Shown piece by piece: positions 30,058 to 39,040 of a DNA stretch of 44,545 bases. Numbering within the stretch: position 1 is the first letter of the stretch; the number at the start of each line of letters is the position of its first letter. The stretch is from Escherichia coli. GTDB taxonomy: Bacteria; Pseudomonadota; Gammaproteobacteria; Enterobacterales; Enterobacteriaceae. A program made the translations under genes and the position numbers. The notes under the pieces are model-generated. The model was not told the origin of the DNA and made no database searches. It saw only the letters and a list, made by a program, of their open reading frames with translations. Location: NCBI RefSeq assembly GCF_003334385.1, contig NZ_QOWN01000035.1; one strand, given 5' to 3'.

Positions 30058-31347
30058 ATGACAACGGACGATCTTGCCTTTGACCAACGCCATATCTGGC
30101 ACCCATACACATCCATGACCTCCCCTCTGCCGGTTTATCCGGTGGTGAGCGCCGAAGGTTGCGAGCTGATTTTGTCTGACGGCAGACGCCTGGTTGACGG
30201 TATGTCGTCCTGGTGGGCGGCGATCCACGGCTACAATCACCCGCAGCTTAATGCGGCGATGAAGTCGCAAATTGATGCCATGTCGCATGTGATGTTTGGC
30301 GGTATCACCCATGCGCCAGCCATTGAGCTGTGCCGCAAACTGGTGGCGATGACGCCGCAACCGCTGGAGTGCGTTTTTCTCGCGGACTCCGGTTCCGTAG
30401 CGGTGGAAGTGGCGATGAAAATGGCGTTGCAGTACTGGCAAGCCAAAGGCGAAGCGCGCCAGCGTTTTCTGACCTTCCGCAATGGTTATCATGGCGATAC
30501 CTTTGGCGCGATGTCGGTGTGCGATCCGGATAACTCAATGCACAGTCTGTGGAAAGGCTACCTGCCAGAAAACCTGTTTGCTCCCGCCCCGCAAAGCCGC
30601 ATGGATGGCGAATGGGATGAGCGCGATATGGTGGGCTTTGCCCGCCTGATGGCGGCGCATCGTCATGAAATCGCGGCGGTGATCATTGAGCCGATTGTCC
30701 AGGGCGCAGGCGGGATGCGCATGTACCATCCGGAATGGTTAAAACGAATCCGCAAAATATGCGATCGCGAAGGTATCTTGCTGATTGCCGACGAGATCGC
30801 CACTGGATTTGGTCGTACCGGGAAACTGTTTGCCTGTGAACATGCAGAAATCGCGCCGGACATTTTGTGCCTCGGTAAAGCCTTAACCGGCGGCACAATG
30901 ACCCTTTCCGCCACACTCACCACGCGCGAGGTTGCAGAAACCATCAGTAACGGTGAAGCCGGTTGCTTTATGCATGGGCCAACTTTTATGGGCAATCCGC
31001 TGGCCTGCGCGGCAGCAAACGCCAGCCTGGCGATTCTCGAATCTGGCGACTGGCAGCAACAGGTGGCGGATATTGAAGTACAGCTGCGCGAGCAACTTGC
31101 CCCCGCCCGTGATGCCGAAATGGTTGCCGATGTGCGCGTACTGGGGGCCATTGGCGTGGTCGAAACCACTCATCCGGTGAATATGGCGGCGCTGCAAAAA
31201 TTCTTTGTCGAACAGGGTGTCTGGATCCGGCCTTTTGGCAAACTGATTTACCTGATGCCGCCCTATATTATTCTCCCGCAACAGTTGCAGCGTCTGACCG
31301 CAGCGGTTAACCGCGCGGTACAGGATGAAACATTTTTTTGCCAATAA
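30058..31347 (+). CDS. bioA: adenosylmethionine-8-amino-7-oxononanoate aminotransferase, 429 aa
   Basis: ORF 29947..31347; start taken at [20 protein letters not shown]...; class III PLP aminotransferase. Confidence 0.9.
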   Translation: MTTDDLAFDQRHIWHPYTSMTSPLPVYPVVSAEGCELILSDGRRLVDGMSSWWAAIHGYNHPQLNAAMKSQIDAMSHVMFGGITHAPAIELCRKLVAMTPQPLECVFLADSGSVAVEVAMKMALQYWQAKGEARQRFLTFRNGYHGDTFGAMSVCDPDNSMHSLWKGYLPENLFAPAPQSRMDGEWDERDMVGFARLMAAHRHEIAAVIIEPIVQGAGGMRMYHPEWLKRIRKICDREGILLIADEIATGFGRTGKLFACEHAEIAPDILCLGKALTGGTMTLSATLTTREVAETISNGEAGCFMHGPTFMGNPLACAAANASLAILESGDWQQQVADIEVQLREQLAPARDAEMVADVRVLGAIGVVETTHPVNMAALQKFFVEQGVWIRPFGKLIYLMPPYIILPQQLQRLTAAVNRAVQDETFFCQ

Positions 31348-31405
31348 CGAGAAGTCCGCGTGAGGGTTTCTGGCTACACTTTCTGCAAACAAGAAAGGAG
31401 GGTTC

Positions 31406-31882
31406 ATGAAACTCATCAGTAACGATCTGCGCGATGGCGATAAATTGCCGCATCGTCATGTCTTTAACGGCATGGGTTACGATGGCGATAATATTTCACC
31501 GCATCTGGCGTGGGATGATGTTCCTGCGGGAACGAAAAGTTTTGTTGTCACCTGCTACGACCCGGATGCGCCAACCGGCTCCGGCTGGTGGCACTGGGTA
31601 GTTGTTAACTTACCCGCTGATACCCGCGTATTACCGCAAGGGTTTGGCTCTGGTCTGGTAGCAATGCCAGACGGCGTTTTGCAGACGCGTACCGACTTTG
31701 GTAAAACCGGGTACGATGGCGCAGCACCGCCGAAAGGCGAAACTCATCGCTACATTTTTACCGTTCACGCGCTGGATATAGAACGTATTGATGTCGATGA
31801 AGGTGCCAGCGGCGCGATGGTCGGGTTTAACGTTCATTTCCACTCTCTGGCAAGCGCCTCGATTACTGCGATGTTTAGTTAA
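31406..31882 (+). CDS. ybhB: PEBP/Raf-kinase-inhibitor-like family protein, 158 aa
   Basis: Full-length match to K-12 YbhB; the last host gene before attB-lambda. Confidence 0.85.
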   Translation: MKLISNDLRDGDKLPHRHVFNGMGYDGDNISPHLAWDDVPAGTKSFVVTCYDPDAPTGSGWWHWVVVNLPADTRVLPQGFGSGLVAMPDGVLQTRTDFGKTGYDGAAPPKGETHRYIFTVHALDIERIDVDEGASGAMVGFNVHFHSLASASITAMFS

Positions 31883-31890
31883 TCACTCTG

Positions 31891-31913
31891 CCAGATGGCG
31901 CAATGCCATCTGG
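31891..31913 (+). terminator. Perfect hairpin downstream of ybhB, possible terminator
   Basis: CCAGATGGC-gcaat-GCCATCTGG (9-bp stem); the downstream T-tract is weak, so terminator function is uncertain. Confidence 0.4.
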
Positions 31914-31972
31914 TATCACTTAAAGGTATTAAAAACAACTTTTTGTCTTTTTACCTTCCCGTTTCGCTCAAG

Positions 31973-32125
31973 TTAGTATAAAAAAGCTGAACGCGAAACA
32001 TTAAAAACCATTAATATCAATGTGTTACAATATCTTTAGTCTAAAAAATAGACTACATGATGCTACAAAACACAACATATCCAGTCACTATGAATCAACT
32101 ACTTAGATGGTATTAGTGACCTGTA
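31973..32125. other. Prophage attR: lambda-type core plus P arm
   Basis: Core TTAGTATAAAAAAGC is the reverse complement of the lambda core GCTTTTTTATACTAA. The host side matches attB (cgctcaag); the phage side resembles the lambda P arm (cagtcactatgaatcaactacttagatggtattagtgacctgtaacagagcattagcgcaagg) with scattered substitutions. Confidence 0.85.
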
Positions 32126-32612
32126 ACAGAGCATTAGCGCAAGGTGATTTTTTGTCTTCTTGCGCTAATTTTTTGTCAAACACATTACGTCGTTTGCTGA
32201 ATTTACAACCATGCTCAGTATCTCGATAAGCGCAGAGAAATGATGCAATGGTGGGCGGAATGGCTTGATGGGAAGGCTGAGTAATTAATCTTTAATCAGA
32301 GGGTAACAATGCATGGCTCAGTGAACTAAGCCAATCATTTGTGATCTCCAATTGTTAATCTTATTAGTTCTAGATACTTGATTTATGCCATGATGCTTGT
32401 AGATTAGAAAGCAGTAGACTATACAACACTGCGGTCAAATAATTATCAAGCATAATCACGGTATACACATTTTTTTGATAGCGTAAGGATAGTGAGCCAT
32501 CGATGCCATATTCAATATTTATGCAATTTAAGCATGGTTTATATACACTAATTTTCTTAGTGCCCACAAAATCTTTGATTGTACAAAAAACACAGGGGTA
32601 ATGGAGATTTTT

Positions 32613-33779
32613 ATGTTTGACGGATTTAATGGCTTTTTAATTGCTTCTTTATCGGTGATTACTTCACTTTCTGTTGCAAGAATATTTGTCACAGAAACAC
32701 ATTTATCACCTATCAAAGGAAGGAGTGAATCAATTGATGGGCTTAGAGGATTTCTTGCTTTAATGGTTTTCCTTCATCATTCCAGTTTCTGGTGGCAATA
32801 CATACATACTGGGGTTTGGTCTGATCCTGATTCGTTATTTTATACTAATATTGGAAAAATAGCTGTTATTTTCTTTTTTATGATTACAGGCTTCTTGTTC
32901 TTCGGGAAATTGATTTCGAATAAATCAGTAAATTGGGAAGATTTATTTTGGTCAAGAATAATGAGACTAACACCTATGTATCTGGTTTCGTTATCTCTAC
33001 TATTCATAATTGTGTTCTATGTTTCTGATTGGAAAATTAACACAGGAATTGACAATCTCATAATATCTATGGCGAGATGGGTTCCTTTTTCTTTCCTTGG
33101 AATGCCTGATGTTAACGGTCTTCACAAGACGTCGCTTATCATGGCCGGAGTTCCGTGGTCACTTGTTTATGAATGGTTTTTTTATTTATCTCTTCCTTTT
33201 ATGGCTTTTATAATGAGAAGAGACAAATTTAATACTTACACAATTCTTAGTATTGCGAGTGTATTTGCTTTTATTTTCTATCCATCATTAAAAATACATA
33301 TTTTATCATTTGTTTTTGGTTATCTGGCAGCAAAAATAAATCACAAACTGTCTAACGGCTTGCCTTTCAATAAAATATTATCAAGCTTATTCGTCATCGT
33401 TATCTTATGTGTAACTTGTTTTTTAATTCCAAATCCTTACAATCCAATAACAATATCACTCTGTGGTATTGCATTTATTATGATATCAAATGGATGCGAT
33501 ATTTTTGGAGTTCTTAAGATAAAAACCTGTCAAGTTTTTGGAGAAGCTACATATAGCATGTATCTTCTACATGGCATTATACTTTTTATAACATTTAAAA
33601 TAATACTTCCGGTTAGCTATGTTAATCAAATTAACAGCCTTGTATTTTCAGCTATTATTATAATCCTCTCTGGGTTTATCACGCTTATATCATTACTATG
33701 TTTTAGATATATTGAGACACCGTGTAGTAAGTTTAAAAAATTTAATGTACTAACATACACAAGAAGAAAACTTCAGTAA
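32613..33779 (+). CDS. acyltransferase-3 family membrane protein, probable O-antigen O-acetyltransferase (Oac-like), about 388 aa
   Basis: About 10 hydrophobic segments and the AT3 motif R...HH (IDGLRGFLALMVFLHHSS); very AT-rich; sits between the tailspike and att like serotype-conversion genes of P22-like phages. Start at 32613 preferred (GGAG 6 nt upstream) over 32601. Confidence 0.7.
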   Translation: MFDGFNGFLIASLSVITSLSVARIFVTETHLSPIKGRSESIDGLRGFLALMVFLHHSSFWWQYIHTGVWSDPDSLFYTNIGKIAVIFFFMITGFLFFGKLISNKSVNWEDLFWSRIMRLTPMYLVSLSLLFIIVFYVSDWKINTGIDNLIISMARWVPFSFLGMPDVNGLHKTSLIMAGVPWSLVYEWFFYLSLPFMAFIMRRDKFNTYTILSIASVFAFIFYPSLKIHILSFVFGYLAAKINHKLSNGLPFNKILSSLFVIVILCVTCFLIPNPYNPITISLCGIAFIMISNGCDIFGVLKIKTCQVFGEATYSMYLLHGIILFITFKIILPVSYVNQINSLVFSAIIIILSGFITLISLLCFRYIETPCSKFKKFNVLTYTRRKLQ

Positions 33780-33814
33780 AACCACCTCACAAATGAGATG
33801 GTTGTTGGTAATAA

Positions 33815-33838
33815 AAAGGCGGGCGTGGGCTCGCCTTT
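33815..33838. terminator. Bidirectional Rho-independent terminator between convergent acyltransferase and tailspike genes
   Basis: aaaaaGGCG-ggcgtgggct-CGCCtttt: GC stem flanked by an A-run and a T-run, usable from either strand. Confidence 0.55.
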
Positions 33839-36175
33839 TCAGATTGGATAATTACTTACTCTAACATCAGCAAAACTAGTTGTTCCTGTCAAGGAAATAT
33901 CCATGCGTTCATCACAAGCAGGAGCAAGAAAAACCTCTACAGCTACACATTCTGATCTTTTAACATGATATATTGCCTGACGCTCAAGCCACGAATTATC
34001 AGATAATAATTTTATTGCAGTATTAGATAACGAATTACCTGTAGAATCCAATTCGCGAAAAATGACCGCCGATGATATTGATGTTTCTGATAACGTCCAT
34101 AGTCTTACATAGACAGCACTTCGTTGAGCTACTCGAAGTGTTGCCACTAATAAACTCTGTACTGATGCGGTATTCTTATCGTTAAGAGTGAATGCATAAG
34201 GCGTACCTACAGGCTTTGTAGTTGCATCTGTTTTCTCTGGCGCAATAGATATAACAGTCTGAAAAAATCTATCCTGATTAGCTAGAATATGACCAGCTAT
34301 GGAACGCATCGGTAGAGGGTTAGTACTATGGACAGCATCACTTCTTCCAACACGAAAACCACCGCCTGTATTCTGGCTATTGGCAGTGATAAATACGTCT
34401 TGGTTATTGTCTACAAACACTTCACCTGAACACGAACTAGTTATGATCTTACCTACAGAGTTAAATCTTGGTTTTATCTCTTGATTGTCAATTCCGCTAA
34501 TTAGTCCAGGCACAAATTCGAATGATACACCAACACCGTTACAGCTAACAGCCGTGATATCTTCAACGTTGATGTCATACCCATTGACAATGCGTACCGC
34601 ATTATTGTTTACCCTTTCGGCATAGACATTTTTAATTCGAATGTGCTGTGATTGGAAGTATGTAGACTCAGAAGGATACGAGTAATTAGTCACGAATATA
34701 CCAGCCAAGCCAGCCACACTGGTTGCTGCAGCAACATACTTTCCACCAAGAACATCAATATTCTCTCCTTGAATTTCAAGAAAATTTTTAGTTGCTTTTG
34801 ATTTTCCTGTTTGAATTCCGATATTGCCAGCAAGGAATACACCACGGCGTGAACCATCCGTAGAGTGATGGCAATCGTTCATGTCGAATGTTTTGCATGC
34901 ATCGATAACCCAATTTTCGCAACCTCTCTTAAAGTCATTCAATGTACGATGGCCGAAAGCAGTGTTGCCGAAACTGAAGATGTTTTTAATGGTATATGTA
35001 CCGTATTCGCCAGGTGAATCAATAGAGCCATTCATACACTTAAATGCATTGAATCCAACAGCGGTAAGCATTGGGTCTGTTCCCTCTGATGAACAATACA
35101 AATAATTAATACCATCAATCATTCCACCATTAGTTGTGTATCCTTCCCATGCTTCATGTGGGCAGTTTTTGAAATGACATCTTAAAGCAGTAATATTGCG
35201 ACCAATGGCACCGTTATTGAAATGCCAGCAGAATGCGCGAATAATCTTCTGCGGCGCAATGTTATTTATTTCGTAACCGTCTTGGTATTGTCCATCAAAA
35301 CAAATATCCTGCAGCATCGCAAAATATAGATCCTTGTCAGGGTTCTTACGGATGAACCAAGAGTAATAGCCAAAGCCATTATTCTCAACGTCTTGCTTTG
35401 TTAGTGAGATTGGTCTGATAGTAGTACTTGACTTACCTGCACCAATCCAATGAAACCAGTCGCCAATTTGCACACTACCACTAAACGAGATCACATCTAT
35501 ACCTCTAAAATCTAGAGGAACCCTTTTATATTCTGATAATATTTGTAATTTATTTATTACCGATGCGCAGTCAACTCCGCTCTGAATGTAGCGACTGCAC
35601 ATGATCGCATCATTGAAATTAGAACCATCCATGACGCATAACCATTGACTATTAAGATTTGGATTTTCTGTTGGCGCTACAGTTTTCGGAAGGGAACCAA
35701 GCCATTGGTAATAAAGTCCATCAGTGTATTTAAGGACCTGTTTTCTATTGGTAATAGTATATCCAGACGCAAAATCGCCATCAATTATTCGACTGTATTC
35801 TGATATTTCGAAATTTCCCTTTGCCCACAAGGAAAACTGATCAGGATCATACTTCAGAACATTCGGAAAATAGAACTGCTGCGCTCCATATGCATCATAA
35901 ACAGCCATCGAATGACCTTGCACAGTTACAAACTTGGCAATCTGCCCGTTATATACAGGATATCCAGCAGCGTTAATGATGATTGGTTGCGATACAGGAA
36001 CATGAGAGCCGTCTTCGTTCTCCACATAAACCTGGATCTGGTTTTCAGTATTTACCGGATCAGTGTCAATTTTTCCGATATAAATCTTTCCATTAGCTAC
36101 GGCTTTAAAAGAACGAGCCATAGTGAAGAGTTGCGAAGGCATGCTTACCACAACATTTGCGGTGATATCTGACAT
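33839..36175 (-). CDS. tailspike protein: P22 gp9-like N-terminal head-binding domain plus divergent receptor-binding domain, about 778 aa
   Basis: From the second ATG (GGAG 7 nt upstream): [42 protein letters not shown]...[15 protein letters not shown]...LKYDPDQFS closely resembles the P22/HK620 tailspike N-terminus; the remaining ~650 aa are divergent and AT-rich. Confidence 0.85.
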   Translation of the reverse strand: MSDITANVVVSMPSQLFTMARSFKAVANGKIYIGKIDTDPVNTENQIQVYVENEDGSHVPVSQPIIINAAGYPVYNGQIAKFVTVQGHSMAVYDAYGAQQFYFPNVLKYDPDQFSLWAKGNFEISEYSRIIDGDFASGYTITNRKQVLKYTDGLYYQWLGSLPKTVAPTENPNLNSQWLCVMDGSNFNDAIMCSRYIQSGVDCASVINKLQILSEYKRVPLDFRGIDVISFSGSVQIGDWFHWIGAGKSSTTIRPISLTKQDVENNGFGYYSWFIRKNPDKDLYFAMLQDICFDGQYQDGYEINNIAPQKIIRAFCWHFNNGAIGRNITALRCHFKNCPHEAWEGYTTNGGMIDGINYLYCSSEGTDPMLTAVGFNAFKCMNGSIDSPGEYGTYTIKNIFSFGNTAFGHRTLNDFKRGCENWVIDACKTFDMNDCHHSTDGSRRGVFLAGNIGIQTGKSKATKNFLEIQGENIDVLGGKYVAAATSVAGLAGIFVTNYSYPSESTYFQSQHIRIKNVYAERVNNNAVRIVNGYDINVEDITAVSCNGVGVSFEFVPGLISGIDNQEIKPRFNSVGKIITSSCSGEVFVDNNQDVFITANSQNTGGGFRVGRSDAVHSTNPLPMRSIAGHILANQDRFFQTVISIAPEKTDATTKPVGTPYAFTLNDKNTASVQSLLVATLRVAQRSAVYVRLWTLSETSISSAVIFRELDSTGNSLSNTAIKLLSDNSWLERQAIYHVKRSECVAVEVFLAPACDERMDISLTGTTSFADVRVSNYPI

Positions 36176-36270
36176 TTCATTGCTCCAGACGAATGATATG
36201 ATGCAACCATGATGTGATTGCATACCGAAATGGTACTATTGAGTATTTATCCAGTAGGTTACGATGCCAT

Positions 36271-36288
36271 TCCACCCAACTGGTGAGG
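36271..36288. promoter_or_regulatory. Imperfect palindrome, candidate Mnt operator in the tailspike/mnt divergent region
   Basis: tCCACC-caact-GGTGag resembles the half-sites of the P22 Mnt operator (TCCAC...GTGGA). Inference only. Confidence 0.3.
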
Positions 36289-36296
36289 CATCAAGG

Positions 36297-36557
36297 ATGT
36301 ACAGCAAATACGACGAGGCGCAGTTTCACTTGAGACTTCCGCATGAACTCCACGCGAAAATTAAGCAGCGTGCGAAGATGAATAACAGGTCGCTGAACTC
36401 AGAGATAATTGCAGCGATGGAGGAATCATTGGATAAACAAAGCTCTGCATCAGTTTACATTGACGATGCAGAGCGTATGGCAGAACAACAATCTGATATG
36501 GTTAAGAAAATTGTCTTTGATACGCTCAAGAAGCTATATAAAAAAGACAGCAGATAA
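36297..36557 (+). CDS. mnt: Mnt-like ribbon-helix-helix repressor, about 86 aa
   Basis: QFHLRLPHELHAKIKQRAKMNNRSLNSEIIAAMEESL...NDAERMAEQQSDMVKKIVFDTLKKLYKK aligns with recalled P22 Mnt (HFNFRMPMEVREKLKFRAEANGRSMNSELLQIV...DAERLADEQSELVKKMVFDTLKDLYKK). Start at the internal Met preferred; the ORF could begin at 36264. Confidence 0.8.
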   Translation: MYSKYDEAQFHLRLPHELHAKIKQRAKMNNRSLNSEIIAAMEESLDKQSSASVYIDDAERMAEQQSDMVKKIVFDTLKKLYKKDSR

Positions 36558-36646
36558 CCATCCGTTACGGAGGATTTATGCACAGAGATATGCTGAATAT
36601 TGCGTTCTACATATTTGGTTTTTACACGTTCCTGGTGTTTGCGAAG

Positions 36647-39040
36647 CTATTCTGACAGCGCATCAGACTTAGCCCCCTGAGTCAGGGCGTTAATGGCCTT
36701 TTGTGCCTGCTGCATGGCTTTCTCGAACGCTGTTGATCCGCGTGGGGTGTTTGCCATTCGGAGCATTGCATTTCTGAATGGCTCGCTCTCATAGGCGCGA
36801 GTAAGAAGTCCGTAGCTTACCGCTGCGCCAGTTGTCGCAGGGTTCATTGCCGTCCCATACCCGATAATGAACGGGATGGTTTGCTGCCCTGTTGGTGTTG
36901 TTACTGCCGCTTTTGCAGCCTGCTGCGTGGATTGCAGGTAGTTTTTCAATCCTTTCAGATAAGCAGCGTCCTGCCCCTTAAATGTGATGCCAGTCTGGTT
37001 TTGCAGGATGTTAAGCTGCCGAAGGAACTGGTCAGGGGATCCGCCAGATTTCTCCATCGCCTTTCCAATGATGCCATTGCGCATTTGCGCCCTGCCAACA
37101 CGACCAACTGAGTTATACAGCGTCTTAATTTCCGATTTGTTCTTGCTGAATAGCATGTTGTTGACAACTTCCGGCGTCAGATCGCCTTTCATGAGAACAT
37201 TCTTCAGCCTGGTATTCTTTAGTTTCGCGGCTTCGTCAGCGTAGACGGCATTGGCCTGCTGATATTTACGGAGAGTATCGTTGCCAAGATTCTGACCAAT
37301 GGCACCATTGATATCGTCGGTCATTGCCTTGTAAACGCGCTGAATGGCAGCATCGGAACGGTTTGGTAACACTGGTCGCTCACCCTTCACGTCCATTCTG
37401 AACTGGCTGCGCAGATCGCTTAATTGCTTCAAATCCAGATTTACCGGACCATCAGGACCAGCATTGCGAACAAGCTCATCACGATATGACTGAAGTTTTG
37501 AAATTGTCTCGTTATCAGCGACCTTACCAAGCTTCTGCAGATTAGATATTTCTGTATCAATCTGCTGAATTGCTCGCGCTGGCTGAATGTTTACTCCAGC
37601 CATAGCATTCTGAACCTGCTCCAGTCGATTACCGGCGGCACGACGAATTCCTGATGTTTTCGCTTTAAGGCTGTCAATAACAACCGCTGGATCATACTCA
37701 CCGAATTTATCGGCAAATCTCTGCACCAACTGGCTTCTCGCTTCCTGTTGCGTTGCTCTCATTCCGCTTGTGCCAGCCAGGGGGATATTTTCTGCTGTAG
37801 TCTGCGCCATTTTCCCGACGCGGGAAGTAGGCTGTAACAGGTCTGTGGTGTGCAGAGGAACTCCTTCACGCTCTGCAAACCTGATAGCCTGTTGAGCTTC
37901 TGGTGCTATCGAACCACGAACACCACGATAAGCAGAACCTAATCCACGTCCGGCAGCGTTAATAGCACCGCCAGCCAGCACACCAACGCCTAAATCGGTG
38001 GCGAGTGCTTCCGCATCATCTTTCGCACTGTTTGCAGCAAGTGATCCAACTGCGTTTTCTGCTAGAAGGCGAGTTGCCCCCTGAGCAATTCGACCAGCAA
38101 GTGTTGGTGACTGTGTTGCCGCTCTCTCAACGCCAGCAGGAGTGAGGTAAGGCAATGCTTCAGCAAATACCCTTCCCTCTGTCGTTTGTGGAGTCAGCGC
38201 GCCTTGCTGAAGGCCAAAGTCCTGCTCTAATCCCTGCGTTGTTACTCGTGGTGCTGGTTGATATGTACCATCGCCAATGCCGAGTTTACCTCCAGCCCAA
38301 GCCGCCGCGCTTGTTACAGCATCAGTGAGTTCAGCAGGTATGTTCGCTACGTTGATTCCTGCCTGTAGTAAGCCGCGCCCGGTTTCAGCAAGTCCATTAC
38401 CAAGGTCAGACATTATTCCGCCTTGCTGCTGAACAGGTTTCGGTGCGACAGAACTTACGGGTTGAGGTGGCTGCTGACTGGCTGCCTGCTGCTCAATCTG
38501 AGCAAATGGATTATTTGGGTCTGACTGCACGCCTGATGCCGATACTTGTTCGGATGACTGTGCTTCCAGTTGTGCAAACGGGTTGTTAGGGTCTTGCTGA
38601 GGATGTACCTTTGCAGAGGTGGCGCGCTGTTCGACTGTTGAGTCTGTCACCGGGTCACCCGCCCATTGAGCAAAGCGATCATCAACGTAACCGCGGCCTT
38701 CAGATCCTGGCGTATATTCACCACGCTTTGCCTTCATAACGTTGCCGGGACCGTCGTGATAAGCCTGAAGAGCGTCACGCCAGTTACCAAACTGCTGGTA
38801 CATCTTTGCCAGATAGCGCGCGCCAGCGTCAGCCTGATATTCGGGGTTTTGCATTTGCTCATCGGTATAACCCATATCACGCCATGTCCCAGGCATGACC
38901 TGAGTCAATCCTACAGCCCCGGCGGAGCTTACTGCGGCAGGGTTGTAAGAAGACTCCTTGGCACCCAGTGCAGTCATCAACCCTTCTGGCACACCGTAAC
39001 GTGCGCCAGCCTGCTCTAACAAATCACGGTAATTAGCCAT
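36647..39040 (-). CDS. virion ejection/internal protein at the P22 gp16 position, with an N-terminal lytic transglycosylase (SLT) domain, 797 aa
   Basis: N-terminus carries an SLT-like catalytic motif (GAKESSYNPAAVSSAGAVGLTQVMPGTW...YLAKMY), followed by a tandem DPNNPFAQ(L/I)E repeat and a long Ala/Gln-rich region; last gene of the ejection-protein block. Confidence 0.7.
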   Translation of the reverse strand: MANYRDLLEQAGARYGVPEGLMTALGAKESSYNPAAVSSAGAVGLTQVMPGTWRDMGYTDEQMQNPEYQADAGARYLAKMYQQFGNWRDALQAYHDGPGNVMKAKRGEYTPGSEGRGYVDDRFAQWAGDPVTDSTVEQRATSAKVHPQQDPNNPFAQLEAQSSEQVSASGVQSDPNNPFAQIEQQAASQQPPQPVSSVAPKPVQQQGGIMSDLGNGLAETGRGLLQAGINVANIPAELTDAVTSAAAWAGGKLGIGDGTYQPAPRVTTQGLEQDFGLQQGALTPQTTEGRVFAEALPYLTPAGVERAATQSPTLAGRIAQGATRLLAENAVGSLAANSAKDDAEALATDLGVGVLAGGAINAAGRGLGSAYRGVRGSIAPEAQQAIRFAEREGVPLHTTDLLQPTSRVGKMAQTTAENIPLAGTSGMRATQQEARSQLVQRFADKFGEYDPAVVIDSLKAKTSGIRRAAGNRLEQVQNAMAGVNIQPARAIQQIDTEISNLQKLGKVADNETISKLQSYRDELVRNAGPDGPVNLDLKQLSDLRSQFRMDVKGERPVLPNRSDAAIQRVYKAMTDDINGAIGQNLGNDTLRKYQQANAVYADEAAKLKNTRLKNVLMKGDLTPEVVNNMLFSKNKSEIKTLYNSVGRVGRAQMRNGIIGKAMEKSGGSPDQFLRQLNILQNQTGITFKGQDAAYLKGLKNYLQSTQQAAKAAVTTPTGQQTIPFIIGYGTAMNPATTGAAVSYGLLTRAYESEPFRNAMLRMANTPRGSTAFEKAMQQAQKAINALTQGAKSDALSE

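Noticed and set aside
30025-31416. Several minus-strand ORFs (155, 168, 177 aa) inside bioA
   Set aside because: Antisense shadows of the bioA coding sequence; Arg/Ala/Ser-rich, no independent signals.
31883-32600. Possible tRNA gene or integrase at the prophage junction
   Set aside because: attB-lambda is not a tRNA site and I see no tRNA-like cloverleaf. No integrase ORF is present at this end, which is what is expected for the attR side of a lambda-type prophage, so its absence is not evidence of a defective element.
36881-37244. Short plus-strand ORFs inside the gp16-position ejection gene
   Set aside because: Antisense to a long, well-supported phage structural gene.
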